Assembly: GCA_044344255.1 (NCBI GenBank)
Contig: JBIJDH010000005.1
Coordinates: 192,001-256,000 of the forward strand
Length of the DNA: 64,000 nucleotides
Reading direction: 5' to 3'
Source: Myxococcota bacterium
Lineage (GTDB): Bacteria; Myxococcota_A; UBA796; UBA2385
Shown: positions 37,149 to 47,081 of the stretch, piece by piece
How the letters are laid out: every line of letters starts with the position of its first letter
How positions within the stretch are numbered: the first letter of the stretch is position 1
The notes under the pieces: generated by a model
What the model was told of the DNA's origin: nothing
The model's database searches: none
The model's input: only the letters and a program-made list of their open reading frames with translations
Translations under genes and position numbers: made by a program

Positions 37149-38717
37149 ATGACCTCCCCCGACGCTGTCCAGAGCCGCCTCCGCGCCGAGCGCGACTTCT
37201 ATCGTCGCCTCTTGGACCTCTCCCACCAGGAGGCGCCAGACGGCCTGCTTCGCGAGGCCCTCACGCTCATCGTCAGCGCCACGCACGCCGCGAAGGTCTA
37301 CATCGAGATCGATCGGGAGCCCGGCGGCGGCGGGGTGGGGGAGTCCTGCTGGTCCCTCGCCGACGGCGTGGACGCCGTGGAGCTCGGCGCCATCCGGGAC
37401 GGCGTCTCGCGCCACATCATCCAGCAGGCCCTCGCCTCGGGCCGCACCGTGAGCACCACCTCCGCCCTCGACGACCCTCGCTTCCGCGACCACCGCAGCG
37501 TGCAGGCCCACCGCATCGAGGCGGTGCTCTGCGCCCCCATCGGCAGGCTCGGGGTGGTCTATCTCCAGGGGCGTCGGCCGAACGGCCCCTTTCACCCCGA
37601 AGACCGAGCGCTGGTCGAGGCCTTTGCCCTCCACCTCGCCCCGATGGCCGAGCGCCTCCGCCTCGTCGACCGGGTCTCTCCCGACCCCACTGCCCCCTGG
37701 CGGCGACAGGTCAAGGCCGGCGCCCTGGTCGGCCGCAGCGCCGCGATGGCCGACGTGCTGCGCCAGGTGGCCCTCGTGGCCCCCCTCGACGTCACGGTGC
37801 TGATCACCGGGCCCTCCGGCACCGGCAAGACGGCGGTGGCCGAGGTGATCGCCGCCAACAGCGCCCGCGCCGGCAAGCCCTTCGTCGAGCTCAACTGCGC
37901 CGCCCTCCCCGAGAACCTGATCGAGAGCGAGCTCTTCGGCGCCGCGGCGGGGGCCCACTCGACCGCGACCCGGCGGATGCCCGGCAAGGTGGAGGCGGCC
38001 GAGGGGGGCACGCTCTTCCTCGATGAGATCGGAGAGCTCGGCCTGTCGACGCAGGCGAAGCTGCTCCAGCTCCTCCAGTCGAGGGCCTATTATGCGCTCG
38101 GCTCCAACAAGGCGATACAGGCCAACATCCGGGTGCTGGCCGCCACGAGCGTGGATCTTCAGAAGGCGGTCGCCGAGCGGCGCTTCCGAGAGGACCTCTA
38201 TTACCGGCTGCACGTGCTCCCCCTGCGCATGCCGGCCCTGTCCGAGCGCCGGACAGACATTCGGCCGCTCGCCGAGCATGTCGTGGGGCTCGTGGTGCAG
38301 CGCCACGGCCTCCGCCCCCTGCACCTCTCGCCCGGCTGTGTCTCGGCGATGGAGATGGCGGACTGGCCGGGCAACGTGCGGCAGCTCGCCCATGCCCTCG
38401 AGGCGGCGGTCATTCGGGCCTCCGCCGAGCCGGGCGCGGCCGTCGAGTCGCGACACGTCTTCCCCGACCAGCGGCCCGTGATCACCGCCTCCGTGGGCGC
38501 CGTGGAGTCGTTCCAGTCCGCCACCCGCGCCTTCCAGCGGCGGCTCGTCTCGGAGGTGCTGGAGACCGCCGAGTGGAACGTGACCGAGGCGGCGCGGCGC
38601 CTCGACCTCACTCGGTCTCACCTGTACAACCTGATCCGCGAGTTCGAGCTCCAGCGGCCGGCGCTCACCGGCGGGGGCGCCCCGCGTTACCCTCGCGGGG
38701 AGGAGGGCGCGCCGTGA
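37149..38717 (+). CDS. GAF + sigma54-type AAA+ + Fis-HTH transcriptional regulator
   Basis: GAF region (LDDPRF...SV...VLCAP), GPSGTGKT, ESELFG, LFLDEIGEL, WPGNVRQL, WNVTEAARRLDLTRSHLY. GAFTGA loop reads GAHSTA. Confidence 0.92.
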   Translation: MTSPDAVQSRLRAERDFYRRLLDLSHQEAPDGLLREALTLIVSATHAAKVYIEIDREPGGGGVGESCWSLADGVDAVELGAIRDGVSRHIIQQALASGRTVSTTSALDDPRFRDHRSVQAHRIEAVLCAPIGRLGVVYLQGRRPNGPFHPEDRALVEAFALHLAPMAERLRLVDRVSPDPTAPWRRQVKAGALVGRSAAMADVLRQVALVAPLDVTVLITGPSGTGKTAVAEVIAANSARAGKPFVELNCAALPENLIESELFGAAAGAHSTATRRMPGKVEAAEGGTLFLDEIGELGLSTQAKLLQLLQSRAYYALGSNKAIQANIRVLAATSVDLQKAVAERRFREDLYYRLHVLPLRMPALSERRTDIRPLAEHVVGLVVQRHGLRPLHLSPGCVSAMEMADWPGNVRQLAHALEAAVIRASAEPGAAVESRHVFPDQRPVITASVGAVESFQSATRAFQRRLVSEVLETAEWNVTEAARRLDLTRSHLYNLIREFELQRPALTGGGAPRYPRGEEGAP

Positions 38718-39043
38718 ACGATCAGGTGGTGTCGAGGCTGCTCGACGGCTTGAGCCCGCGGATCCCGGGAGAAGAGGAGGCCCTGCTCCGCCGCTTCGCC
38801 GCCTTCATGGACCACCACGAGGTCTGGCTCACCGGCCACGCGCTCCGCGGCGGCAAGCTGCGGCTCACCTTCGCCAATGACGCGGGCACCTACGTGGTCG
38901 GCCTGCCGGAGATCCGCGCCCTGACCGCGGTGCAGGACCGTGGCGAGCCCTTCCCCTGGGAGGCCCTCGCGCGCTTGGAGCCCGAGGAGGACGGGCCGCC
39001 CGAGCCGCCGCGGCGCGTGGGGAGCAGCAGCCCCCGCCGATGA
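38714..39043 (+). CDS. Small hypothetical protein
   Basis: GTG overlaps the upstream stop after a GAGGAGG SD; its stop overlaps the next ATG. Confidence 0.6.
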   Translation: MNDQVVSRLLDGLSPRIPGEEEALLRRFAAFMDHHEVWLTGHALRGGKLRLTFANDAGTYVVGLPEIRALTAVQDRGEPFPWEALARLEPEEDGPPEPPRRVGSSSPRR

Positions 39044-40362
39044 TGGCGCCGCAGAAGCGCCGCCTGACATACGCCGCCGGCCTCTTTGCCGCCGCGGGGG
39101 TGCTCGGCGCGGCAGCGGCGCCCCACGCGGGGCTCCGCTTTGTGGACTTCCTCTTCTTCGCCGAGCGGGCGGAGCGGATGCCCGTCGACTGGGCGCGGGT
39201 GGAGCCCCTCTACCCGGGGGGCTACCCGGCCCTCCTGTCGGCCCTGCACGGCCTCACCGGCGACGTGCTGCTCGGCGGCAAGCTCCTGTCCGTGGTCGCG
39301 GGGCTGCTCGCGGTCTCTGCCCTCGGCGTCCTCGGCGGCCCGGGCCTCGCGCTCTGGGGCCTCGGGCAGGCGGCGCTGCTCCAGTGGTCGGCCACCGAGG
39401 GGACCGACCTCCCCGCGGCCGCCTGCGGGCTCGCGGCCCTTGCGGCGGCCCACCGGCGGCAGCCCGCGCTGGCCGGGGCGCTGGCGGGCGCGGGCTGCCT
39501 CCTGCGCTACACCGGGGTCCTGGCGCTGCCGGCGGTGCTGCTCACCCTCCCGGGCGGCCGCCTGCGGGCGGGGGGGGCCTTCCTGCTCAGCACCGCCCCT
39601 CACTGGCTGCTCGCCCTCCTCACCGGGCAGTCTCCCTGGCCCGATCAGAGCTACAACCTCGCCATCGCCGCTGGCCACCCGACCGCGCTGTGGTCGATGG
39701 ACACGCTGCTCCGCTGGCCAAGTGGCCTGCAAGGTGCGGTGCGGGCCGTCGATCCCATCGCGCTCGTCGGGCTCGTCGGCCTGCTGTGGCCGGGCCGTCG
39801 CGCGGTCCGCCGCCTCCGGTGGGGGCTCGGCCTCTGGGCGGGGCTGCACCTCTCCGCCTTCGGCCTCGCCTTCTCCAACCCCCGCCTCGTCCTACCGGCC
39901 ACGCTGGCCCTGCTCGCGGGCGCGGTCGGCCTCCCGCGGCCGCTCGTCGGGCTCGCGGGCATCGGCCTCGCGGGCATCGGCCTGCTCGTCGTTCACCTCG
40001 GCCCGGCGCGGGCCCTCGACGACGCCGAGCGGGAGCTCCAACGGGTGGTGCCGGCCGTCGCGTCGCTCGAGGGGCCCTTCCTCACGACAGACCCCTGGGT
40101 CTATCAGCGGAGGCCGGACGGCTGGCTCCGCGCAGGCGTCCCCATCCGCGCCCTGCGCGGCGATCCCCGCGCGATGGACCCGAACATCGTCGTCCAGGAG
40201 GCGCGTCGCCTCGGCCTCGGCGGCCTCGTGGTGGACAAGGGCCGCGTGCTGCGGAGCTATCCGGGGCTCGCCTCCCTGCTCGGGAAGACCGACCACCCCG
40301 GGCTCGAGCGCGTTTACGACAAGCGCGGCTGGGTGGTCTACCGCCTCAAGCCCGCCGGCTGA
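39040..40362 (+). CDS. Multi-TM protein, GT39/GT-C-like
   Basis: DFLFF...YPGGYP, TEGTD, LLRYTG, NPRL, C-terminal soluble domain. Confidence 0.55.
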   Translation: MMAPQKRRLTYAAGLFAAAGVLGAAAAPHAGLRFVDFLFFAERAERMPVDWARVEPLYPGGYPALLSALHGLTGDVLLGGKLLSVVAGLLAVSALGVLGGPGLALWGLGQAALLQWSATEGTDLPAAACGLAALAAAHRRQPALAGALAGAGCLLRYTGVLALPAVLLTLPGGRLRAGGAFLLSTAPHWLLALLTGQSPWPDQSYNLAIAAGHPTALWSMDTLLRWPSGLQGAVRAVDPIALVGLVGLLWPGRRAVRRLRWGLGLWAGLHLSAFGLAFSNPRLVLPATLALLAGAVGLPRPLVGLAGIGLAGIGLLVVHLGPARALDDAERELQRVVPAVASLEGPFLTTDPWVYQRRPDGWLRAGVPIRALRGDPRAMDPNIVVQEARRLGLGGLVVDKGRVLRSYPGLASLLGKTDHPGLERVYDKRGWVVYRLKPAG

Positions 40363-40401
40363 ACCCGACGATGGGCGGGCGCGAGGGCTCCGCGCCGAGC
40401 C

Positions 40402-40878
40402 TCACTCGCAGGGCGTCCCGGCGGGGGGGTTGCAGCCCTGTCCCTCGAGGGGGATCTCCTCGTAGGTGAAGTCCTGATCGCCGGGATCGAGCTTCACCTG
40501 GAGGGTGCCCGAGTAGGGGCCGACCCCGTAGGGCGCGAAGGTGACCTTGAAGACGAAGTCGTCGCCCGGCTTGAGCGGCTTCGGCAGGGGGAGCTCGGAG
40601 TAGTTGTAGACCGAGAAGGCCGTGGAGCTGAGGTCATCGAGGTAGATGTCGATGATGCGCACGTTCTCGGAGCCCACCGAGCTGAGCGTGATCTCCTTCT
40701 CGGCCGGGGGAGAGTCCTGCTTGACGTAGCCGAAGTCGATCCCGCCCTCTGGCGAGACCGTGAGCGCCGGCCCCTGGACGCCAGTGTCCCGATTGTAGGC
40801 CGAGAGGCCGGTGCAGCCGGCGAGACCCCCCGCGGTGAGGGCCAGGAGGAGGGTGTGCTGACCGACGCGGGCGACCAT
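40402..40878 (-). CDS. Lipoprotein with Ig-like (ASH/choice-of-anchor D-like) domain
   Basis: Lipobox LAGC, IDFGYV, ITLSSVG, LKPG...VTFAP...YSGTL, LEGQG. Confidence 0.7.
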   Translation of the reverse strand: MVARVGQHTLLLALTAGGLAGCTGLSAYNRDTGVQGPALTVSPEGGIDFGYVKQDSPPAEKEITLSSVGSENVRIIDIYLDDLSSTAFSVYNYSELPLPKPLKPGDDFVFKVTFAPYGVGPYSGTLQVKLDPGDQDFTYEEIPLEGQGCNPPAGTPCE

Positions 40879-41164
40879 GGGGGGAGACTCCGGGAGGGCC
40901 ACCGCGGAGGCGCCACGGCAGGTGAGTCAACGGGGCTGACAGGGGATCGATCGGCCGGGCGCCCGAGGGCCCCCGCCGGAGGGCAGCGCATATCACGCTT
41001 CACCCCCGTCCACCCAGCGGCCCCCGGAGAGGTCCGCTGCGCGCGATCAGTGTGCAACAAGCGCGGGGCCGCTGTCCAGCGCCAGCCCTCGGCTTTCCGC
41101 CGCCCGCCGCCTCGCCGGGGGCGAGGGTCGGCGATACGGCGCCTGTTCCAAGGAGGAAGGGAGC

Positions 41165-42847
41165 ATGTTCGGCAGCCGATCCCCGAGAGCAGGGAGCCGA
41201 GCCCAGCGAGGGAGCCCCGGGGCCCCCGAGGACGCCGCCGCGATCTTCGAGGCGCCCTCCTCCGAGGCGGTGGCCGCGGAGCTCCGCCGCCGGATCAGCG
41301 CGGAGCTGACCGGGCGCAGCGATGAGACGGTCCAGGGCCTGCTCGCCGACGCCGTCTACCAAGAGCGCCGGCGCTTCCAGCAGACCCGGGGTGAGCTCGG
41401 CCCCGAGGATCGCGCCGAGGCTGCGGCGATCGAGGAGGCCGCCCGCGCGTCCCACGGCGGTCGAGCCGACTGGGAGCGGGCCATCTACTCGCTCGTCGAG
41501 CGATACGGCCACGAGATCCACAACCGCTTCTCGCAGCGCACCTACCGCTTCGCCACGCGGGTGCTGCCGGCCGCCTTGACCCGCCTCCTCACCGCGGTGG
41601 AGCCGCGTGAGCTGGTCGAGGCCGACTTCGATCCGGCGAGCCGCATCAAGGTGCACGGCCCCACCGAGGCCATCGCCCGCCTCGCCCAGACCCACACCCT
41701 CATCCTGGCTCCCACCCACGTCTCGAACCTCGACAGCCCGCTGCTCGGCTACGCCCTCTACGCCGCTGGCCTGCCGCCCTTCCTCTATGGCGCGGGGCTC
41801 AACCTCTTCGAGAACCCGGTGATGGCCGCCTTCATGAGCCGGCTCGGGGCCTACACGGTAGACCGCAGGAAGAAGCACAGCCTCTACAAGGACGTGCTCA
41901 AGGCCTACTCGGTCGACGCGCTGGGGCGGCGCAACCACTCGCTCTTCTTTCCGGGGGGCACCCGCTCCCGGTCCGGCCTCGTCGAGAAGAAGCTCAAGAA
42001 GGGCCTCCTCGGCACCGGCATCTCGGCCTGGCAGGAGGGGGTCGAGCTCGGACGCCCGAACCCGGAGATCCTGGTGGTCCCGTGTACGCTCTCGATGGCC
42101 CTCGTGCTCGAGGCCGAGACGCTGATCGAGGACGCCCTCGCCGAGGAGGGCCGCGCCCGCTACATCATCACCGATGATGAGTTCAGCCAGCCCCGCACGG
42201 TGGCCCACTTCGCCCGGCGGGTGTTGAACCTCGACGCGGCGGTGCACGTGCGCTTCGGTCAGCCGATGGACCTGCTCGGCAACCCCGTCGACGACGAGGG
42301 CCGCTCTCTCGATCGCAGCGGGCTCGTCATCGACCGCCGCGCCTATGTGACGGACAGCCGCGGCAACGTGGTGCGCGACGAGCAGCGGGACCACGTGTAC
42401 ACCGAGGTCCTCGCCCAAAACCTGATCAAGGCTTGGCACCGCGACAATACGGTTCAGAGCACACACGTCGCCGCCTTCGCTGCCTGGAACCTCCTCCGCG
42501 CCCTCCACCCTCGAATGGACACCTGGCGGCTGTGCCTCACGAGCCCCGATGAGCGGCGCCTCGACCGGCGGCGGCTCCTCGAGGCCATCGACCGCCTGCT
42601 CCGGGTGATTCGGGCCAAGGTGGCCGCGGGCACCCTGCACGAGGCGCTCGGGGAGGGCGGCGCCGAGGCGCAGCTCGACCGCGCCATCACGACCTTCAGC
42701 ACCTTCCACACGCGCCCGGCGCTGGAGCCGCGGGGGGCGGAGGTCTTGGTCGACCCCCGCCTCGCGCTCTACTATGGCAATCGGCTCGTCGGCTACGCTC
42801 TGGAGGGCGTCGTCACCGAGCCGGCGGACCGCAAGGGGGCCGTATGA
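41165..42847 (+). CDS. plsB: Glycerol-3-phosphate acyltransferase (PlsB-like)
   Basis: PTHVSNLD (HX4D), GAGLNL, GAYTVDR, FFPGGTRSRSG. Strong SD upstream. Confidence 0.8.
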   Translation: MFGSRSPRAGSRAQRGSPGAPEDAAAIFEAPSSEAVAAELRRRISAELTGRSDETVQGLLADAVYQERRRFQQTRGELGPEDRAEAAAIEEAARASHGGRADWERAIYSLVERYGHEIHNRFSQRTYRFATRVLPAALTRLLTAVEPRELVEADFDPASRIKVHGPTEAIARLAQTHTLILAPTHVSNLDSPLLGYALYAAGLPPFLYGAGLNLFENPVMAAFMSRLGAYTVDRRKKHSLYKDVLKAYSVDALGRRNHSLFFPGGTRSRSGLVEKKLKKGLLGTGISAWQEGVELGRPNPEILVVPCTLSMALVLEAETLIEDALAEEGRARYIITDDEFSQPRTVAHFARRVLNLDAAVHVRFGQPMDLLGNPVDDEGRSLDRSGLVIDRRAYVTDSRGNVVRDEQRDHVYTEVLAQNLIKAWHRDNTVQSTHVAAFAAWNLLRALHPRMDTWRLCLTSPDERRLDRRRLLEAIDRLLRVIRAKVAAGTLHEALGEGGAEAQLDRAITTFSTFHTRPALEPRGAEVLVDPRLALYYGNRLVGYALEGVVTEPADRKGAV

Positions 42848-43737
42848 ACGTCGGCATCATCGGCACGGGCCCCTGGGGCCGGGCGCTGGCCACCCTCACC
42901 GCCGAGGCCGGTCACCAGCCCCGCTTCGGGTACCGGGGGCGGGCGCCCTCGGGCTTCCCCGGCACGCCCAACCTCCACGCCCTGGCCCGAGAGGTCGACC
43001 TCCTCGTGCTCGCGGTCCCCCCGGCCAGCGTGCGGGAGGTCGTGCGCGCGGTCCGCCCCGGCCCGGGGGACAAGGTGGTGCTGGCGGCGCGCGGCATCGA
43101 GCCGGTGAGCGGGAGCTGGCTCACCGACGTCGTCTCCGAGGAGTCCGCCTGCCTCCGGGTGGGCACGCTCGGCGGCCCCACCCTCGCCGCCGAGGCCTTG
43201 GCCCGCCGCCCCGGGGCCCTGGTGGCGGCGAGCCGCTTCGACGAGGTGAGCCGCCTCTGCCAGGCGGCGCTGCACTCGCCCATCTGCCGGGTCTACACCT
43301 CCCGAGATCTGCGCGGCGTCGAGCTCTCCGGCGCGATGGTGAGCGTGCTCGCGGTGGCGGTGGGGATCTCGGAGGCCTTGCAGCTCGGGGTCGGCGGCCA
43401 GGCTGTGATGGTCACCCGCGGCCTCGCCGAGGCCGCCCGCCTCGTCTCGGCGCTGGGCGGCGACGACCACACCCCCGCCGGCCTCGCGGGCATCGGCGAT
43501 CTCGTGGCCTGCGCCAGCCACCCCGACCACCCGAACCGGCAGGCGGGGGAGCGGCTCGGCCGGGACGGGGGCCGGGACGAGCGGGTGAGCCTCGAGGCCC
43601 AGGCCCTGCTCACCCTCGCTGGGCGCCACGGGGTCGATCTCCCGATCACCGGCGCCATCGCGGCCATCGCCGGGGGACGCTTGCGGGCCCGCCTCGCCGT
43701 CGACGCCCTGATGCGCCGCGAGGCCCGCGCCGAGTGA
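42844..43737 (+). CDS. gpsA: NAD(P)H-dependent glycerol-3-phosphate dehydrogenase-like protein, catalytic residues degenerate
   Basis: GTGPWG, LAVP, GGPT, DLRGVE, TRGLAE, GLAGIGDL. The canonical KN and SRN motifs are absent. Confidence 0.75.
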   Translation: MNVGIIGTGPWGRALATLTAEAGHQPRFGYRGRAPSGFPGTPNLHALAREVDLLVLAVPPASVREVVRAVRPGPGDKVVLAARGIEPVSGSWLTDVVSEESACLRVGTLGGPTLAAEALARRPGALVAASRFDEVSRLCQAALHSPICRVYTSRDLRGVELSGAMVSVLAVAVGISEALQLGVGGQAVMVTRGLAEAARLVSALGGDDHTPAGLAGIGDLVACASHPDHPNRQAGERLGRDGGRDERVSLEAQALLTLAGRHGVDLPITGAIAAIAGGRLRARLAVDALMRREARAE

Positions 43738-45005
43738 GGCCCCGCGCGCTCCGCCTCCGCTCGGTCGCCGTGCTCGTGGCCGCCGTCGCCGTCGGCGGCC
43801 TCGCCCCCCGGGCCCAGGCGGCCGGCCCGCCCGAGGCCTGCACCCTCGCCGAGCCGGGAGAGGCCTATCGGATCTACCTGCTCACCTCGACCCCGGGGGG
43901 GTCTGTCTTCTCCGCCTTCGGACACAGCGCCCTCCTGCTCAGCGGGGGCCCGCTCCCGGCGCCGATCGTCGCCGACTGGGGCGCCTTCAATGGCAAAGAC
44001 CCGGAGCTGCTCCCCAAGTTCTTGAATGGCACGCTCGAATATTGGATGGCCGCCGAGCCGCTGTCCCTCACGCTGCGCCGTCACGAACGAGAGGAGCGCG
44101 GCCTCGTCGGGCAGGAGCTCGACATTGGCCCCGAGGACAGCGAGCGACTCAAGGGCTACCTCGAGCAGGCCTCGAAGCCCGAGAATCGGAATTACACCTA
44201 TCACTGGTTCGACAAGAACTGCGCCACTCAGCTCCGCGATCTGCTCGACACCGCCACGCACGGTGCTCTTTCAGCGGCCGCCCCGCGGGACCCTGTCCCG
44301 GGGCGCACCATCCGTGGGGAGGTCCTGCGGCACCTGGCCCCCGACCGGCCTGTTTGGTTCGCCTGGCACTTCATGGCCTCTGCGCGGGGTGAGGCGGAGA
44401 TCTCCGAGTGGGAGAACATGTTCTTGCCGGTCCGGATGATGGAGGTGGTGGGGCGGGCCCGCGCCTCGGCGCCCGAACGCCCCCTGGTCCGGCGGGTCTG
44501 CTCCTTTCGGGACAACCCACGGGGGATGGCCGCGGAGAGCGCGCCGCGGCGGGACCCTCTCCTGTGGCTCCTGGGCGGCCTCTTCGGGGGGCTGTTCGGC
44601 CTCGGCGCCCGGGGTCGGTGGGCCCGGCCCTTGCTCGCCGGGGGCCTCGCGCTGCTGGGCCTCCTGGCGGGCGGACTCGGCACGGCCGTGCTCGCCCTCT
44701 GGTCGGTCACGGCGCTCGAGGGGGTCGGGCCCACCCTCGGCTGGGCCGTGGGGAGCCCGCTCACCCTCGTCGTCGGCCTCGGCGGCGCGGCGCTCGTCGG
44801 CCTCGGTCGGCGCCCGCCGGCGCTCGGCACCCTCCTCGTCGGCCTCGTGGTGATCGGCCTCATCGGCCTCCTGCTCGTGCCCGTCGTCGGGCAGGACGCC
44901 GCGGGGCCGATCGGCCTCTTCCTCCTCCCCACCGTCGGGCTCGCGATCGGCTACCGTCGGAGCGCTCGCGGCACCCATCCCGATCTCCGCTCTCCGGAAG
45001 GCTGA
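43734..45005 (+). CDS. DUF4105/Lnb-like lipoprotein N-acyltransferase domain protein with C-terminal TMs
   Basis: PGGSVFSAFGHSAL, YTYHWFDKNCATQLRD, MFLP, 4 TM helices. GTGA overlap with the upstream gene. Confidence 0.8.
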   Translation: MRPRALRLRSVAVLVAAVAVGGLAPRAQAAGPPEACTLAEPGEAYRIYLLTSTPGGSVFSAFGHSALLLSGGPLPAPIVADWGAFNGKDPELLPKFLNGTLEYWMAAEPLSLTLRRHEREERGLVGQELDIGPEDSERLKGYLEQASKPENRNYTYHWFDKNCATQLRDLLDTATHGALSAAAPRDPVPGRTIRGEVLRHLAPDRPVWFAWHFMASARGEAEISEWENMFLPVRMMEVVGRARASAPERPLVRRVCSFRDNPRGMAAESAPRRDPLLWLLGGLFGGLFGLGARGRWARPLLAGGLALLGLLAGGLGTAVLALWSVTALEGVGPTLGWAVGSPLTLVVGLGGAALVGLGRRPPALGTLLVGLVVIGLIGLLLVPVVGQDAAGPIGLFLLPTVGLAIGYRRSARGTHPDLRSPEG

Positions 45006-46090
45006 TGCTCCTCCTCGCCCTGCTCTCCGCCGCCCAGGCCGAACCTTCACTGCTCTTCGTCGGCAACAGCTACACCTTCGTGGGCGACCTCGACCTGCGC
45101 TCGGCCGAGCTGCTGCGGACGGCGCCCGAAATGGCGGCGCTCGAGGTCACTCGCCTCGCCGAGCCCGGCTACACCTGGACCCAGCACCTCGAGCTCGCCA
45201 ATACGGCGGGCTCGGCGTGGAGCGCCGCCCTCGTGAGCCCGACCACCCCCTTTGACTGGGTGATCCTCCAGGAGCAGAGCCAGATCCCTGGATTTCCGTC
45301 CTCCAATTCGGAGTACATGAGCAGCCTGTCGAGCGTCGGCGCCCTCGATGACCTCATCGAGGCCCAGGGCGCCTCCACCCTGCTGCTCCTCACCTGGGGG
45401 CGGCGGGCGGGGGATGAGACCAACCCCGATCTCTATCCAGACTTCGCCACCATGGAGGCGCTGCTCGAGGACGGCTATCGGGCCTATCAGGCGGCGATCA
45501 CCCGTGAAGATCGGCCCGTGGACATCATCCCCGCCGGCCCGGCCTTCGCTCAGGTCTACGCCGCCGACGTCGCCGCCGGCCGCGACCCGCTCGATCCCGC
45601 CTCTCTGTTCTTCTCGCTCTATCAAGGCGATGGGAGCCACCCCTCTCCGCTTGGCACCTACCTCGTCGCCCTCACGGTCTATGGCACGCTGACAGGAGAG
45701 AGCCCGGTCGGCCTGCCGGCCCCGGATGGCACCGCCGAGGAGACCATCGACGCCCTGCAAGAGGCCTCCCGGGCCGCGGTCTTCGACGGGGAGTGGCTCC
45801 CCCACACGGCGAGCGGAGGGTCGGACTCCGGCGGCGCGGACGGCACCGACGGTACCGACGGCGGGGTGGACACCGACGGCGGCGCGGGGAGTGACGGCAG
45901 CGATGGGAGTGACGGCGGCGACGGCGCCGTGGGCGGCGCGGACGACGGCCTCACCCCTCGGGAAGACGAGACCCGCGTCAAGGACGGCTGTGGTGCCTGC
46001 TCGGCCTCGGGCGGGCGGCCGGCCTCGAGCGGGCTGCTCTTCGGGCTGCTCGGGCTCCTCGGCGCGCTCGGCCTGCGGCGCGGCCGCTGA
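45005..46090 (+). CDS. SGNH/GDSL-like (DUF4886-like) hydrolase with G/D/S linker and MYXO-CTERM-like tail
   Basis: LFVGNSYT, ILQEQS, DGSHPS, GDS-rich linker, GCGACS, TM segment, RRGR. Confidence 0.8.
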   Translation: MLLLALLSAAQAEPSLLFVGNSYTFVGDLDLRSAELLRTAPEMAALEVTRLAEPGYTWTQHLELANTAGSAWSAALVSPTTPFDWVILQEQSQIPGFPSSNSEYMSSLSSVGALDDLIEAQGASTLLLLTWGRRAGDETNPDLYPDFATMEALLEDGYRAYQAAITREDRPVDIIPAGPAFAQVYAADVAAGRDPLDPASLFFSLYQGDGSHPSPLGTYLVALTVYGTLTGESPVGLPAPDGTAEETIDALQEASRAAVFDGEWLPHTASGGSDSGGADGTDGTDGGVDTDGGAGSDGSDGSDGGDGAVGGADDGLTPREDETRVKDGCGACSASGGRPASSGLLFGLLGLLGALGLRRGR

Positions 46091-46099
46091 CCGGCCCGC

Positions 46100-46972
46100 T
46101 CACTCGACGTTGGCGACCTGCTCGCGGAGGCGCTCGAGCACGCTCTTCATCTCCACCACGCGGCCAGAGATCGGGTGCTCGGCTGCCTTGCTGCCGATGG
46201 TGTTGATCTCCCGGTTCAGCTCCTGGAGCAAGAAGTCGAGCTTACGGCCGACCGGCTCCGCGCTGCGCATGGCGTCGGTGAACTGCTTGAAGTGAGAGGC
46301 GAGGCGGGCGAGCTCCTCGGAGACGTCGGCCTTGTCGGCGAGGATGGCCGCCTCTTGCGCGAGGCGGTTGGGGTCGACCTGATCGCCGATCAGCCGCACG
46401 ATGCGCTCGGTGAGCCGTTGGCGGAGCCGCTCGGTGATGCCGTCGGCGTGAGACTGCACCTCGGCCCAGAGACGCTGCATCTCGTCGAAGTGGCGCACGA
46501 GGTCACGCCGGAGCGCCTCACCCTCGACGGCCCGCATCTGGACGAGGTCATCAAGGGCGGCGTTGAGGGCGGCCGACACGATCTCCCACTCCACCAGGGC
46601 GTCGGCCTCGGCCTCGACCGTGGTGAGGACCCCAGGCTGGGAGAGCACCGTAGAGAGCGGGATCTCCGAGGGCTCTCGACTGAGGCGCACGGCCACGTCG
46701 GTCATGGCGCGGAGGTAGCGGTGGGCGAGGCCGGGGTTGGACTCTACCGCTTGCCCGCTCTCGGCGGCGCTGCGCCGCACGAATACATCGAGCCGCCCGC
46801 GCTGCAAGCGGTCTTGCAGCTCCTTGGTGATGCGGGGCTCCAGCACCATGTACTCGCGCGGCACCCGGAGGTTGACGTCACGATAACGGTTGTTGACGCT
46901 CTTCATCTCGACGACGACGGTGACGTCGCCATTGGTCGCTTCGCCGCGACCGTAGCCGGTCATTGAATTCAT
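46100..46972 (-). CDS. yicC: YicC/YloC family endoribonuclease
   Basis: MNSMTGYG, SVNNRY, DVSEELARL, GRKLDFLLQELNREINTIGSK, REQVANVE. Confidence 0.96.
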   Translation of the reverse strand: MNSMTGYGRGEATNGDVTVVVEMKSVNNRYRDVNLRVPREYMVLEPRITKELQDRLQRGRLDVFVRRSAAESGQAVESNPGLAHRYLRAMTDVAVRLSREPSEIPLSTVLSQPGVLTTVEAEADALVEWEIVSAALNAALDDLVQMRAVEGEALRRDLVRHFDEMQRLWAEVQSHADGITERLRQRLTERIVRLIGDQVDPNRLAQEAAILADKADVSEELARLASHFKQFTDAMRSAEPVGRKLDFLLQELNREINTIGSKAAEHPISGRVVEMKSVLERLREQVANVE

Positions 46973-47081
46973 GGCCGGCTGGTAACCGCTCCCCTGGACG
47001 CCCGCCCGCTCTCGCGGTCGGCGCCCGCCTTGACCGACGGGGGGCCGGCGGTGTAGCCCATGGCGCTCCCCCGGAGGTCCT

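Noticed and set aside
45815..45950. GACGGC-rich repeats
   Set aside because: They encode an ordinary Gly/Asp/Ser/Thr linker before the sorting tail.
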